A DNA stretch of 64,000 bases from Squalus acanthias (Eukaryota): NCBI GenBank assembly GCA_030390025.1, contig CM059433.1, positions 31,746,001 through 31,810,000 of the forward strand, in the 5' to 3' direction. Position numbers and translations under genes: made by a program. This document shows positions 48,580 through 61,139 of this stretch, piece by piece. Numbering within the stretch: the first letter of the stretch is position 1; each line of letters begins with the position of its first letter. The notes under the pieces were generated by a model, which was not told the origin of the DNA, did no database searches, and saw nothing but the letters and a program-made list of their open reading frames with translations.

Positions 48580-50272
48580 TGTAGAATTCGCAATATATCG
48601 CAATTTTATTAATAAGGAGAAGAACACATAGTTTCGTTCAAACAGCTTTTATTTCAGCAGAATGCTGTCAGGTTTTCAAAGTGGACACAAGCAGCTTGTA
48701 AAATGGCCGCCGCGCCTCGTGGCAGAACATTCTAGACTTTTCAACAGGCAGACAAGATGGCGTTCCAGTAAACATTTGTGCAAGATCGATTAAGACTCAG
48801 CACATTGAAGATAATACACGAGACATCATGGGTTCACAGTATACACATAAATACTGAAATCGGTCTCCCAGGTGCGAATGAGGGCTGTTGTACCAAGTAA
48901 TCAAGAACCCATCCAAAGACATTAATATGTAAAATCCCAACGACCCTACGATGAGAGAGCCATTAGCGGGTAGTTACAGAAAACACTTGGAAGCCCAAAA
49001 CCCCTCCAGGGAGAACACCGACCGATTAAACAATGGGAGAAATATTAACAGGTACTCAGACATTTACGAGTAGCCCCGAAACCCATTAAAACGAAGATCA
49101 CCCTATACAAGACATTTGAGCGCCAAACCCTAACAAAAGAAAAGACATTAAGGTTGGGCGGGAAACGGAAGATTTTGCACTATAATTGCAAGCTCCAAAC
49201 CGTCCATCTTTCTCTTGACTCTTGACTCTTATTCGGTTGACTCTTATCTTGCTGGTGTTTATCCTCGTGGCTGCTCTTGACTCGCCGTCTTGTTCCTGCT
49301 TGCCTCGTGTCTCTTTTCAAAAGACTGTTGAACTTTACGATCCGCTCGGATCTACCTCGTGTCGTGTCGCGAAGACCTGTGTAGAACTGGGCTCTGAAGC
49401 CTTGAAGCGGGCGCACCATCCCGATAAGTCGGTAAACGGTGTTGGAACCGAAGGCCCGAGATGAGATGAGATGAGATGAGATGAGATGAGATGAGAAGAG
49501 AAGAAGACCATACTTATCGCCACGGTCAGTAAGCTCCGACCGCGCCTGTAGGTCGAATAGACATTTTCCTTGCCCAGGAAGACTCTTCTTTGAGTTTTAT
49601 CGAACCGGTGTGAGGGCACAGGAAGACTCTTTTTTGAGTAGAGTCGGAACTCCGAGGACAACACAGATCTTCATGACAGCAGACGTTCCAGCCTGCTAGC
49701 CGGAGCAGAAACGAGTAAACAAGTGGGGCCAGGAGACCCCCTGATCGACACGTGGGCGCTGCGGTGAAAAACATCCGATCAGAGTTTTCGGAATTCTCCG
49801 AGTTATCACGAGTGGTGAGCATGAGTCGCGAATCCTACGAATCTAGCTTAGGACAGATATTGATAGGGGAGGGTTTTAAGTATTAAGGATAATTGTAATG
49901 TGTGCCCCCATTTACGATGTGTCGTTCGTTCCTCGTTTCCCCGAAATTAGTTACATAACTGCGTGTAAGATTGTACTGTCATTAATCTGTGCTTATGACA
50001 TGTATTTCGTAATCTTAAATAATATGCAATAAAGATTTTCCATTTCGTACCATTCAACCGAGTCTACCTGAGTTTCATCTCCATTACTGCTCTCGCATCT
50101 AAGTCCAGTGTCTAGATCCGTAAGGGCGAGTGGGTCGAACCACTCACAGGTGTGTATAGTGCTCCCAGACTGGCTGGAGACCAGAACAGGCAACAAGGCC
50201 TAAACCCGCACTAGCACCCGGGCTGCACAGAGCCACGCGAATCTCACAGGCTGAGAGACAAAAACCCTTACA
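48580..50272 (+). mobile_element. 1693-bp TG...CA insertion with 4-bp TSD GGTG: probable solo LTR (ERV or Gypsy); strand tentative
   Basis: ggtg|TGTAG...TTACA|ggtg; YY1-like motifs at about 48701 and 48753, TATAAT at 49181, AATAAA at 50028; no recognisable coding domain. Confidence 0.75.
49458..49496. repeat. (GAGAT)n microsatellite inside the solo LTR
   Basis: About 7-8 perfect pentamer units. Confidence 0.9.
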
Positions 50273-51037
50273 GGTGGGATGTGTGTACTGTGGGGATTGA
50301 AGCAGGGATAGGGTACTGGATTTGGATGATCAGCCATGATCGTGTTGAATGGTGGGGCAGGCTCGACGGGCCGAATGGCCTACTCCTGCTCCTAGATTCT
50401 ATGTTTCTATGTAACCACCCCTCACACTCACCCTCATCCTAGTGCAATCATACCAACTAACAACACACAAGGATAGGCACTTGGGTGTTTTATGCAATGT
50501 TCATGTAAAGTTTCTGTTAATGTGATGTCAAACATTGAAACTTTTATTTTCAACACTTTCCATTCTTGGACAGATTTGTGTGCACCTTTGGAAGTGTCTT
50601 AGTGAGTTGCAGTGAATGGTGAGACATAATGGTACCCCCCACCATCCACCCCCCCCCCCCCCCCCCCCGCAATGGTGATGAGTGTGAAAGGAATGGCTTG
50701 GGCATTGTAGGGATGCTTTATGGTGTTGGTGTAGTGCCAACCTGGCACATCATGTGGCAGCCAGGTTGTACAGCGTTAAGTGAAGTAAATCTGAATAGGG
50801 TGAGGCCATCCCTGGCTTACCAGGCAGCAATGTGGTCGGGTGCTGATGCCCTGTGTCCGGTACAGCATCAGTTGATTGCGGAGAAGGTTGGTGTTGTTGT
50901 TGGTGCTGCTGCTGTGCCTGGTGCTGCTGGTGTTGGGGCTGATCATGGTGGGATTCTGAGGACCAAGGGGAGATAGTTTCAAGGGCAACAATGCTGAGGG
51001 AATAGATGGCAGGTGAACTTGAGATAACAGAAGCAAT

Positions 51038-51712
51038 GGGCTGGATTTTCATTGACCCGTGGAGGCGGGTTTGATGGCGTGTGGGGGGTTAAAATTGCGA
51101 AAACTGGTGGGCGGGCACAAGCACGCCTCCATCCCGCCTCCATGCAATTTTCATTAAATCGTGTCTGCTGGTCCCGACTCTGTCCCGCCTCTAAGAGGTG
51201 GGATAGGCTGTTAAGGCCCTTAACAAGCACTAATTTGCCTGTATAATGCAATTTTGAAAGGCCTTTGTGATTTTAACTCTTTTTCTATGTGAAGCACGCC
51301 TGTTCTGAACCAGGAATGTGAAACCTGGCGGGTGCACATTTGGATAGCTGACTATCAGTGGCTGGCTGGCTGGCTGGATGGATGGATGGATGGATATATA
51401 TATCTGTGAGTGGTGGTGCAAAAATATCTGGGAGCAGACTTAGGGCTGCTGCTGCCCATTTTGCATCCAGGTCCTCTCACAGCAAAGGCCAGGCAGTCTT
51501 TGCAGACCTTCAATGCAGCAGCAATGATGACATCATCAGAGGTGACTTTCGGACTGTAAACACTAATTGGTTCATGGGTTCCCACATGCTGGAACTCAAT
51601 TGCCCAATTAGGTGAAAATCGCATCAATCTCCCACATCCAATTGCAGTCGGGGGGATAGCATGAAAAGTGGATAACACGACCCCAACCTGCCCCAGTATC
51701 AAAATCCAGCCC
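51038..51712. mobile_element. MITE family C, TIR GGGCTGGATTTT, TSD AAT
   Basis: aat|GGGCTGGATTTT ... AAAATCCAGCCC|aat. Confidence 0.88.
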
Positions 51713-52414
51713 AATCTGTCTATAGTGAGAGAGGTGTTCCAATGAGGTGAAACTGGATAGAGAGTTGCTCCAAACACTTGCCACCTGCATAAAGCTCAAT
51801 ATGTCTTCCAAATGCAGTAAGCAACAGCTTCTGAGCTTGGAAAGTGAACAGCTGAGAGATGGGAGCTTTTATAGCACATTTGCAGCTGTCAAGTAATGAA
51901 ATGATTCCATGGCCATTCAACTCCTGCCCTGCTTATCTGACATGATCCTCGAGCAGCGTAGACCCCATGGGCGACCTGGTAAACTCTGAAGGTGAGCTGA
52001 AAATAGTTCTTAATGCTCTGTTAACAATGTCATAATGACCTTAATTGTCTCCCCTGCCGCTGCGTGTCGGGTCTGCTCAGCGCTGACAGACCCAACATTT
52101 GGGAAAGGCGCTAGGCGGCGGGTTAACAGTAGGCGCCCGACCCACACGCAGGTGGCGTACTGTTTCTCTCCTGTGAATCGTCTTTTAGTGATTGCTCAAT
52201 TCCAGCCGAGCAAATCTGGAGAGATGGTTTGGAAGAGTGAGAAAAAAAGCAGAGAATTCCTGAGATAAAGTCTATGATGGGACTGGGTTGAACATAGCTT
52301 GTGCCTGATTTTGTATGTTCTAATCAATCAACTTATGTCCATCGGTGTGATTTTTCTATTTCGCTCTTCCAACTTTTCTACTGTTTGCTCCAAAAGACAA
52401 CGGGGTCTACGGGT

Positions 52415-53330
52415 GAGCACCACTAGCCTCAGCAACTGCTCAATGCACCACACCCTCATCACTCATCTACCAACAATCTCTATCAATCAGGATTCATACC
52501 AAACATTCATATGCTTCATCTCACCCTCACACTGCTGAAAGCCTCACACCAACATCTCACAGCTTGCACACACTGCCACCTATTCAACCATGACAGCTAC
52601 ATCAGCCAAACAGATTGCACGACACTCACTGACACACTTCCTTCCCTCTTGCAGGACAAGGTGGCATATAATTGGAGGCAGCAGGAGATAACCGGAGGGG
52701 GACAGGTACACCTGCACGCCTTCTCCCTCAGAGGAGATGGTGCTGGCCATTATTGGGATGGTCACTGCTGAGACCATGGGCCAGCGGTGGGGCTGAAACC
52801 ATTGAAGATTACAGTAACCTCATACCTAATCCTCCTTTACACATCCCACTTCCACCTCATCCCACACTCTCTTCTGATTTACAAGCTGCAGATCGTGTAA
52901 GTATGCACCTTTTACTTTCCCACCCCCCGGCCCCTCCCTGCACCACAACCTTACCCTTGTGCCTTTTTCCTTTCAGATACCCAAGAGGTGCAACCTTGGC
53001 AGGCAGTGGAGGAACACCAACAAGAGAGTGTTGATGAAGACACAGCACCGTCACTTGATTTTACACTTGCAGCCATCAGCTCAGATACTGACACTGCATG
53101 TATCCTTGCCCCCTGCTCTGGCTGCAGACCACGTGCAGATCCTATTGATTGAAGTCATGATCTGCATACTTTCGGTGGACATTCACTGCGCGCGCGCTTA
53201 TGCCTTCACCAATATGCTGTCCAGTGCGATTCGGCCCACAAGTGTGCGCACGCGTATTGGACGCCATTTTGGTACCCAAATGGCACCCGTAGCACCCAAA
53301 TAACGGGTGCTACCAATCCCAATTTTGCGC
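52415..53330 (+). mobile_element. Second Harbinger fragment (Myb-like gene exons plus right end)
   Basis: ttgcag|DKVAYNWRQQEITGGGQ..L....EEMVLAIIG resembles the post-SANT TGGG segment of Harbinger/NAIF1-like proteins; palindromic GC-rich end near 53270-53330. Confidence 0.6.
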
Positions 53331-55254
53331 TCAACAGCTCATGCTGAGGTACAGTTCAATAGGCACTGGCCATCTTCCATTCTCTCATTCATGTGGTCGT
53401 CCTTTACTGTTGTCCACACTGCAATTGCATCATCAAGGGAGCCAAGTGCTTGATTTGCACAATGCTTCTAATAGTCATTCTCACAACTACACCATATTCT
53501 TCCCCCTTTATGGCTCAGTGGATAACTGACCACATTGGGTGGCATGGAGCCACAACAGACCAGCAAGGTCTCGAGTTTAATCATTGGTCTATGCTGCATT
53601 AGCTAAGATCAGTGGGCAGCCAAACAAATGGCCTCAGTAACCTCAGATAGGGAAAGGACTAAATATAGCCAGGTATAGCAAGGTATTCAAGATCTCATGG
53701 TACCTTCAGTGGCATTTTTTTTTAGGACAAGGGGTAGAGGTAAGAGACAAAACTGCAAGAATAAAGCCTAAAGTTTTCCAAATGTTGTTAAAATTGCCTC
53801 TGTTACTTATAGAATGAGATGTGGAACATTAATAATGTGAATGCTGCAGGAACTTGGATTTTTGTCATCAGAATTCGGCCCACACTGAAAATATGGCACT
53901 GAGCGGTAAATGTCATAAGTTATCAAACAGGAAAAAGAGCTACCTGCCCTAAAATCACCTCAATCCTCAGAGAGTTGTTCTAACAACTGAGGAAGTGAAA
54001 CAATCGGCCTTTGGGGAAAACTGAATTTCTTGTAAGGAATTACTCAACAATGGGGCGGTGATGATGTTGTAAGGGCTATAGTGCATTTCCAGACTCAACT
54101 TTAAATTATTACAAATATTAAAAAGCATTTATGACTTTGCATCTGGTCTTTTGAAAATACATCTTCATCAGAACAATAGCAGAGGCTTCTCTGTAACTAT
54201 CATGTTCCTTTGAAAATTAAATTCAAAGTGCCATACTTATCTGAGCTTAAAGCCGTTGACCGTGAATAACTTATTCATCTCTCCTTGGTCTGCTGCTAGT
54301 TGTACTTACGAGCAATGATTTCCCATCTTAAACTAAGGACAAACTTGTAAATGGCATCTAACCACACATACAGCCTTACTCTGTGCTAACACTCTTCAAA
54401 AAAATCAGCCTAAAGATGTTTGCCAAATGGCTAAATTCTGCCTGTATGAAAACAACAATGGTGATCAGCGCACACAGATTACAATCCGGAACTTCAACTA
54501 TTTCCATTAATAGCTCTTAACTCTTCGAGGGTTGTTAATAAAGTTTACCTGCTCAGGTGACTCCTACTGAGATGAGTTGTGTGAGGAACTGTGGAGACTA
54601 TATATAACCAATGTCATGCTGGACCGTGAAGCAACAAGTTGGTGTAGAACCAATGCTGCTAACAACCCAATTTTTTGATGATTATTAAATGCATTAGATA
54701 CAGTTGAAAACTGTTCAAAGGGGACCTGACCATCTCTCTCTCTCTCTTTTTCTCTTCTGCTAATTGACCTTCTATTACCTGACTAAAGGCAACATTTGCT
54801 CCCTGGGAGAAATTGAACATAACATTTAGTTGAAAGGGGAATGCAAGCTTTGTTGTCTCTCAGTTGAAATTCCTGCCTCCTGTCACTGCAGCTACCAGGC
54901 TTAATTAAATATATTAACATCAAATTCACTTTAGAAAGAAGAATCACATTTTCAAGGTATGGAGTGAATATATCTCTCAGTGTGGAGTTTCATCTTTGTG
55001 AGGCGGTACGCCTGTAGTGCAATAGGAAAAATTGATTCGGAGTGTATATCTAGAATTAATTATTTTATGGTGAATTTGCAATTCAATTTGTAGTTGCTAC
55101 AGAAAAATGACTCAATGATAAGTAATGCAATCCTGACTAAAAACACCAATTAACTTGGGATGCAGAAACAACCTGATGTGGCACACAATGTACTACTACA
55201 GCTAATGTAGCTGATGTTAGAATATTATAATACGCACAGTATTGCATTATAGAT

Positions 55255-55340
55255 TAGCTGTGCCTCAGTGGTAGCACTCTCACCTCTCAGTCAGAAGGTC
55301 GTGGGCTCAAGTCCTATTCCAGAGAATCGAGCACATAATC
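55255..55340 (+). mobile_element. DeuSINE head only
   Basis: agctgtgcctcagtggtagcactctcacctctcagtcagaagg matches 22395-22480. Confidence 0.7.
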
Positions 55341-55514
55341 AGAGAAAATGATGTGCAGGGGTTGTTTTATAGAGTTCTGTCCTTTTCTGTTGATGGTCAA
55401 TTGGCACATCCATTCAGTTGATCTACTGCTATAAACACTTATCTAAGAATAACAATGACCTGTACTTCTCAGTGCTGTGATGCAACCCAATTTTAAAGCT
55501 AGCAAGTGTGATGC

Positions 55515-55897
55515 AACAACGACTTGCATTTATATAGCGCCTTTAACGTAAAACATCCCAAGGCGCTTCACAGGAGCGTAATCAAACAAAATTTGACAAC
55601 GAGCCACATAAGGAGATATTGGGACAGGTGGAAGAGGTAGGTGAAAAGGAGTGTCTTAAAGGAGGAGAGAGAGGTAGAGAGGTGGAGAAGTAGAGGGAAG
55701 GAATTCCGGAGCTTAGGGCTTAGGCAGCTGAAGGCACGTTGAAAATTAGGGATGCGCAAGTGGCCATAATTGGAGGAGCACAGAGATCTCGGTAGGTTGT
55801 AGGCCTGGAGAAGGTTACAGAGATAGGGAAGGGTGAGGCCATGGAGAGATTTGAAAGCAAGGATGAGAATTTTTAAATTGAGGAGTTGCCGGACCAA
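55515..55897 (-). mobile_element. L2-type LINE 3' fragment
   Basis: ORF 55568..55936(-) LKILILAFKSLHGL..PYLCNLL. Confidence 0.8.
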
Positions 55898-56261
55898 AGT
55901 ATCAACATTTTTCTCATCTGAAGAGCTTTGTTTCATCTCACTCTCTAACCGTGAGAAGCAGTGATAGAGGCTTGTTCAAAGGCCTAGGATGGGAAACAAA
56001 CACTGAATACTGGTCAAGCTAGAGTGGTCTTGCGATCCCGGCAACCACGGCAGGACCATGCCTGCCGGGAAACTCCACTCTGGCAGACTTTCCGCGATCG
56101 GGGCGTGTGGGGGTGGGGGGGGGGGCGAGGGGGGAAGGGAATGGAAAGGTTCCTTCTTCTGCATGCTGACTGCAATATCCCTCAAATTCCGGCCAGCTCC
56201 AAGATTCAAGGAAATCTGGTGTCTGGTGGTGATGGGAGGGGGGGGGCGAGGGAGCAGGAAA

Positions 56262-57698
56262 TGATGGATTGGAAGGTAGCAAATGTAACCCCACTATTCA
56301 AGAAAGGAGGGAGAGAGAAAACAGGGAGCTATAGGCCAGTTAGCCTGATGTCGGTCGTTGGGAAAATGCTGGAATCCATTATTAAGGAATTGGTAACAGG
56401 GCACTTAGAAAATCATAATATGTTTAGGCAGAGTCAACATGGTTTAATGAAAGGGAAATTGTATTTGACAAATTTATTAGAGTTTTTTGAGGATGTAACT
56501 AGCAGGGTAGATAAAGGGGAACCAGTGGATGTAGTATATTTGGATTTCTAAATGATGTTCGATAAGGTGCCACATAAAATGTTGTTACGCAAGATATGGG
56601 CTCATGGAGTTGGGGGTAATATATTAGCATGGATAGAGGATTGGTTAACAGGCAGAAAACAGAGAGTAGTGATAAACGGGTCATTTTCAGACTGGCAGAC
56701 TGTAACTAGTAGGATGCCACAAGGATCAGTGCTTGGGCCTCAGCTATTTACAATCTATATTAATGATTAGATGAAGAGGCCGACTAATTATCCAAGTTTG
56801 CTGACAATACAAAGCTAGGTGGGAAAGTATGCTGTGAAGAGGACGCAAAGTGCCAGCAAATGTATATAGAGAGGTTAAGTTATAAACTGGCAGATGGAGT
56901 ATAATGTAGGGAAGTGTGAGGTTATTCACGTTGGTAGGAAGACTAGAAAAGTAGAATATTTTTTAAAAGGTGAGAAACTAATAAATGTTGGTATTCAGAG
57001 AGATTTAGCTGTCCTAGTACAAGAAACACAGAGAGTTAGCATGCAGGTACAGCAAGCAATTAGGAAGGCAAATGGCATGTTTGCCTTTGTAAGGAAGTCT
57101 TGCGACAATTATACAGGGCTTTGGTGAGACCACACCTGGAGTACTGTGCACAGTTTTGGCCTCCTTATCTAAGAAAGGATATACTTGCCTTAAAGGTGGT
57201 GCAACGAAGGTTCACTAGATTGATTCCTGGGATGAGAGGGTTGTCCTATGAGGAGAGATTGAGTAGATTGGGCCTATACTCTCTGGAGTTTAGAAGAATA
57301 AGAGGTGATCTCATTGAAACATATAAGATTCTGAGGGGGACTGACAGGATAGATGCGGAGAGATTTTTTCCTCTGGCTGGAGAGTCGAGAACTAGGGTTC
57401 ATAGTCTCAGGATAAGGTGTTGGCCTTTTAAGACTGTGATGAGGAGGAATTTCTTTACTAAGAGAGTTGTGAATCTTGGAATTCTCTGCTCGAAAGAGCT
57501 GCGGATGTTCAGTCGTTGAGTATATTCAAGGCTGAGATAGATAGATTTTTGGACTCTAGAGGAATCAGAGAATATGGAGATAGGGCAGGAAAGAGGAATT
57601 GAGGTCGAAGATCAGCTATGATCTTATTGAATGGTGGAGCAGGCTCGAGGGGCCGTAAGGCCTATTCCTGCTCCTAATTCTTATGTTCTTATGTTCTT
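56262..57698 (+). mobile_element. 5'-truncated decayed CR1-type LINE
   Basis: DWKVANVTPLFKKG to the end of ORF2 in several frames; (TTCTTATG)n tail. Confidence 0.9.
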
Positions 57699-58131
57699 AA
57701 TCACCATGATGAGGTTCTGCTAATTGTACCCATTTGCGGGCCTTCGAGAAAGCTCTTAAAATTAGGCTGGTTCATTTGGGTGCAAGGACACTAATAGGCA
57801 CATTTTAAAAGCTTCTGAATATATATATATATTTAATTTACTAAGAAAAAAAACTGACTGCTGTACCCCAATATAACTCGAAAATGGTTCTGTATAGATT
57901 TTTAAAGTAATTTCAGTTATTGAAAATCTGGTTACTCACAGGTGGTGGACTAGATACTCTGATTAAAATGCTTATTTTTTGTGATAGACCCATTTTCAGC
58001 TGTATTAATAAACTTACATCAGGTTACTGCTCTTAAATATATCAAGGAATAATTTTTAAAGCAAAATTTAAATTAACATTACATACCATCTACAATCGCC
58101 CTTATCTTGGACATCATTCTCTAAACTTATA

Positions 58132-58838
58132 GGCCCATATTTTCCGATGCCTATGGGTGTGTACGAGCTGTGTACACACCCATAGGGACATCGGAAATGC
58201 CGGTTTCAGGCATGCGGAGCGCATGTGCTGAAAACCGGCATTTCCGATCTGTCAAGAATCCTCCACCTGCCTTGGAGAAGGGCCTCTGCAGGGGGAGAGT
58301 TCCGCTTTCTGCAGAACCTCCGCCCGCTGAAAACCCTTAGAAATCTTTCGCCTGGTAAAAGCCTGCTTTTACAGCATAAGAGTTTAAAAAAGTAAAAAAA
58401 AAACTTTTTAAAAAGGTAAGTTTATTTTTAGCCCCGTAAAAAACTTTAATTATTTTTTTCAAAAATTTAAATTTTTGTTTAAAATATTTAATTTAATGTA
58501 ATTTTAACTCATTTTAAAAACGTGATGGTTATTTTAAAATTTATTTAATGTTTTAGTGTCGTTTTCGGGTGATCTCCATTCATACTTTTGACAGGTCTAT
58601 CTGTCAAAAGTATGAAGGGAGATGCCCTTCTTTCATTGGCTCGCCTGGCCCACATGATCCCAGGGACGCTTGCGAATTGCATGCGCCCCTGGGATATGTG
58701 GGCCCTGTGCATTTCGACTGTGGCGAGGCCCAGGAGCGGAAGTGTCCGGACCTCAGGAGCCCTCAGGTAAGTGCGTAGATGTTTTTCCCGATAGGAGGCA
58801 TCCGCACGCAGGAAGCCTCCTATCGGAAATTACGGGCC
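58132..58838 (+). mobile_element. MITE family B (TSD ATA)
   Basis: ata|GGCCCATATTTTCCGAT ... ATCGGAAATTACGGGCC|ata. Confidence 0.88.
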
Positions 58839-60246
58839 ATAAAGTTGACAATTTGAAATTGGCCCTTAAAAATCAGGGACAGGTGGCCAATATTATGGCA
58901 CCTTATTTTATGATGCATAGCTCTATGAATATTTAAGTAATGCAATATTTTCAATTTTATGAATTTAATGCATTGTTATGGTTGCACAAAGAACCCCCAA
59001 TATTTAAGAATTACATTATTTTTGCAGCTACTTCAGGCAGCAAAACTCCAAATCCTGCCCTTCTACGCGCTTGACCAGTACTGTCCCGGAATTAAGTAAC
59101 ACTGCGGGCTCCAGTGACTACTCAAGCCCTTGCAGTGAATGAATACTCTGTATCCAGTGGACTAACTGACTGCAAAATGGTCTGGTGGGTTGCTCCTTAA
59201 ACTGGGCCATCCAGTAGAAACTACACCTCTTTTATTGGATGATTGTCTGTGAGTATTTTGATGCCACTTAGACATCAACTCATAGATTGACCAGCAAGGG
59301 AAATGGTATTGGGAATATAGTAGCTGAATGAACTATTAATGTAGAGTATGTTCCATGTGAGCGGCTTAGACCCTGTTTATTCTAATCTATCTGATTGAGA
59401 AAGGTGAAAAATTTGAGCTCATTTCAGATCAATATTCTGTGCTTAGATTTTTTTTAATTAACTGGATTAACACCTAACTGTATTTTGATAGTTTGAAGTT
59501 TAAACTATATATTGTCAAAACAAGGTGAGAACTGTGGTTAAAAAAACCAAACTAAACACATATAAGACTTCCTTTATTCCTCCCACCCCCCATCAACTAA
59601 TACTTACATCTCCAGAAGTAGGTCTTGAAGGGTGCAAAATTGTAAAATTTGAGGATGTCTCTTTGAAACTGGAACAGGATTGAAATTATACACACAAATT
59701 TGGGAACTCTGACTAAATTAGAACAAGTTGCAAGGGTATTCATCCCATGTATGTAATCTTTCATTAGAAAATCCTATGTAAACACTATCAATGGTAATTG
59801 AGCAAAGCTCCACCATATTCCTCCATCCTTGTGTTTCCATTATTCAACTCGAACCTATTGCCCTCCAGAGGCACTATCCCCCTCCCCTCCCGCCCTCTTG
59901 CTCCCAGGATCTATTGTGTCCCATGGAGCATTGGATCGTCAGTCTGTATCTATTCCTTTCGCCTCCAATTGCATTTCCTACCAATATTTATCCAACTCCT
60001 TTATGAGGTAAATTAGGTCTATTCATAGTTTAATTTAGCTTTCTCACACAGGCAGTTGCAGTAACTCATTCAAGGCCTCATCAGTACTCATTGCATATTA
60101 CATAGAATGTCCAGCACAGAAACAGGCCATTTGGCCCAATTGGTCCATGCCGGTGTTTATGCTCCACACGAGCCTACTCACTGTTGAAGCAAGATTATCT
60201 CAAAATAAACAGAAGAAAAAGATGTTAATATTAATCATAATTCTTT

Positions 60247-61139
60247 GGGGTAAAAATTCACTTGGTTGCGCCACCCGTTAGCGCCTTAAGAGGGCGCTAA
60301 TGGGGCGCAAAGCCGCTAACGCCCGGGCGCAGCGATGTTTGCGCCGCTCGAGAACTTAACTTGAGATTGTGCGGCGGCGCTAAAACTTACCGCTGCGACC
60401 ACCTGCGCGCGCAGATTGTGACGTCATTCCATGGTGCAACGCCCTTGGGGCGCCCCGTAGCGGAAATTGAGTGGCGCCCCCTGCCTTACCGCCTGGCGCT
60501 TCCAACGACCAGAAGACTGGAACGCTATCAATCGCTGTGGGGCTGGGGGGGGCGCTATTTAAAGGGGGCCTCTTCCTGTCTTTTATTGTTGGTGGCATTT
60601 TTGAACTACGCATTCTGAGAGACAGAGGGAGAGACTTCTGGAGAGATTCAACGTTGTGTGAAGGAGTTTTGGGTACTGAGCAGCACTTTGCAGGTTCATT
60701 TTGATTTGCCATTCCTTGTATCGATTTAGCAGAGACCGAGGGAGCTGCACTCTGAGCTCTTTGCCTGGTGCTCTCCATTGTTCTTTCCAGCACATTTGAT
60801 GTGCAAGTCTCTCCAGGCCGAGATTCAAGGCAGCAATGAACAGGATGTGGATGGAAAGCAAGATTAACGATCCCCTTTAAGAACTGGCCCGTGCCATTGT
60901 GTGTGTGTTCCATTGCTGACTGACATTACATGAGCTTCGCCAGCGCTCCGAGTTAGCGCCTCACTGCTCGGCCTTTGCGCCTTAAGAGAGGTGTGCAGCG
61001 CCTGCTTTAGCGCTCCACTCACCTCCCGGGGCGTTAAAAGTGAAGTTTCCCGTCAGTGCCGATAATTAGCGCCAGGCGCTAATATTTGCGTCCGGACGAT
61101 ATTTGCGCCCCAAATGGGGCGCGACCTAATTTCTACCCC
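60247..61139 (-). mobile_element. Harbinger-derived MITE family A (TSD TTT)
   Basis: ttt|GGGGTAAAAATT ... AATTTCTACCCC|ttt; reverse copy of 35273-36167. Confidence 0.88.

Larger units (their letters stand above)
48296..50411 (+). mobile_element. V-SINE (shark HE1-like), split by a solo LTR
   Basis: tRNA head (tggcatagtggttagc), V-domain gtgtggagtttgcacattctccccgtgtctgcgtgggtttcctccgggtgctccggtttcctcccaca, and a CR1/HER1 tail at 50290-50411 matching 4940-5060. Confidence 0.88.
42121..52207. mobile_element. Decayed PIF/Harbinger DNA transposon hosting nested insertions
   Basis: Imperfect TIR GGCTGGATTG...CAATTCCAGCC; Myb/SANT-like remnant on + at about 46785-47000; probable transposase-gene remnant on - at about 50740-51035; no matching TSD found. 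Confidence 0.55.

Noticed and set aside
49180..49822. Short ORFs inside the solo LTR, including a hydrophobic 80-aa frame
   Set aside because: Non-ATG starts or low-complexity repeats, and no recognisable viral accessory motif
50750..51052. Gln/His-rich ORF suggesting a host gene
   Set aside because: It starts within the MITE C terminus and lies inside the Harbinger remnant; better explained as decayed transposon sequence
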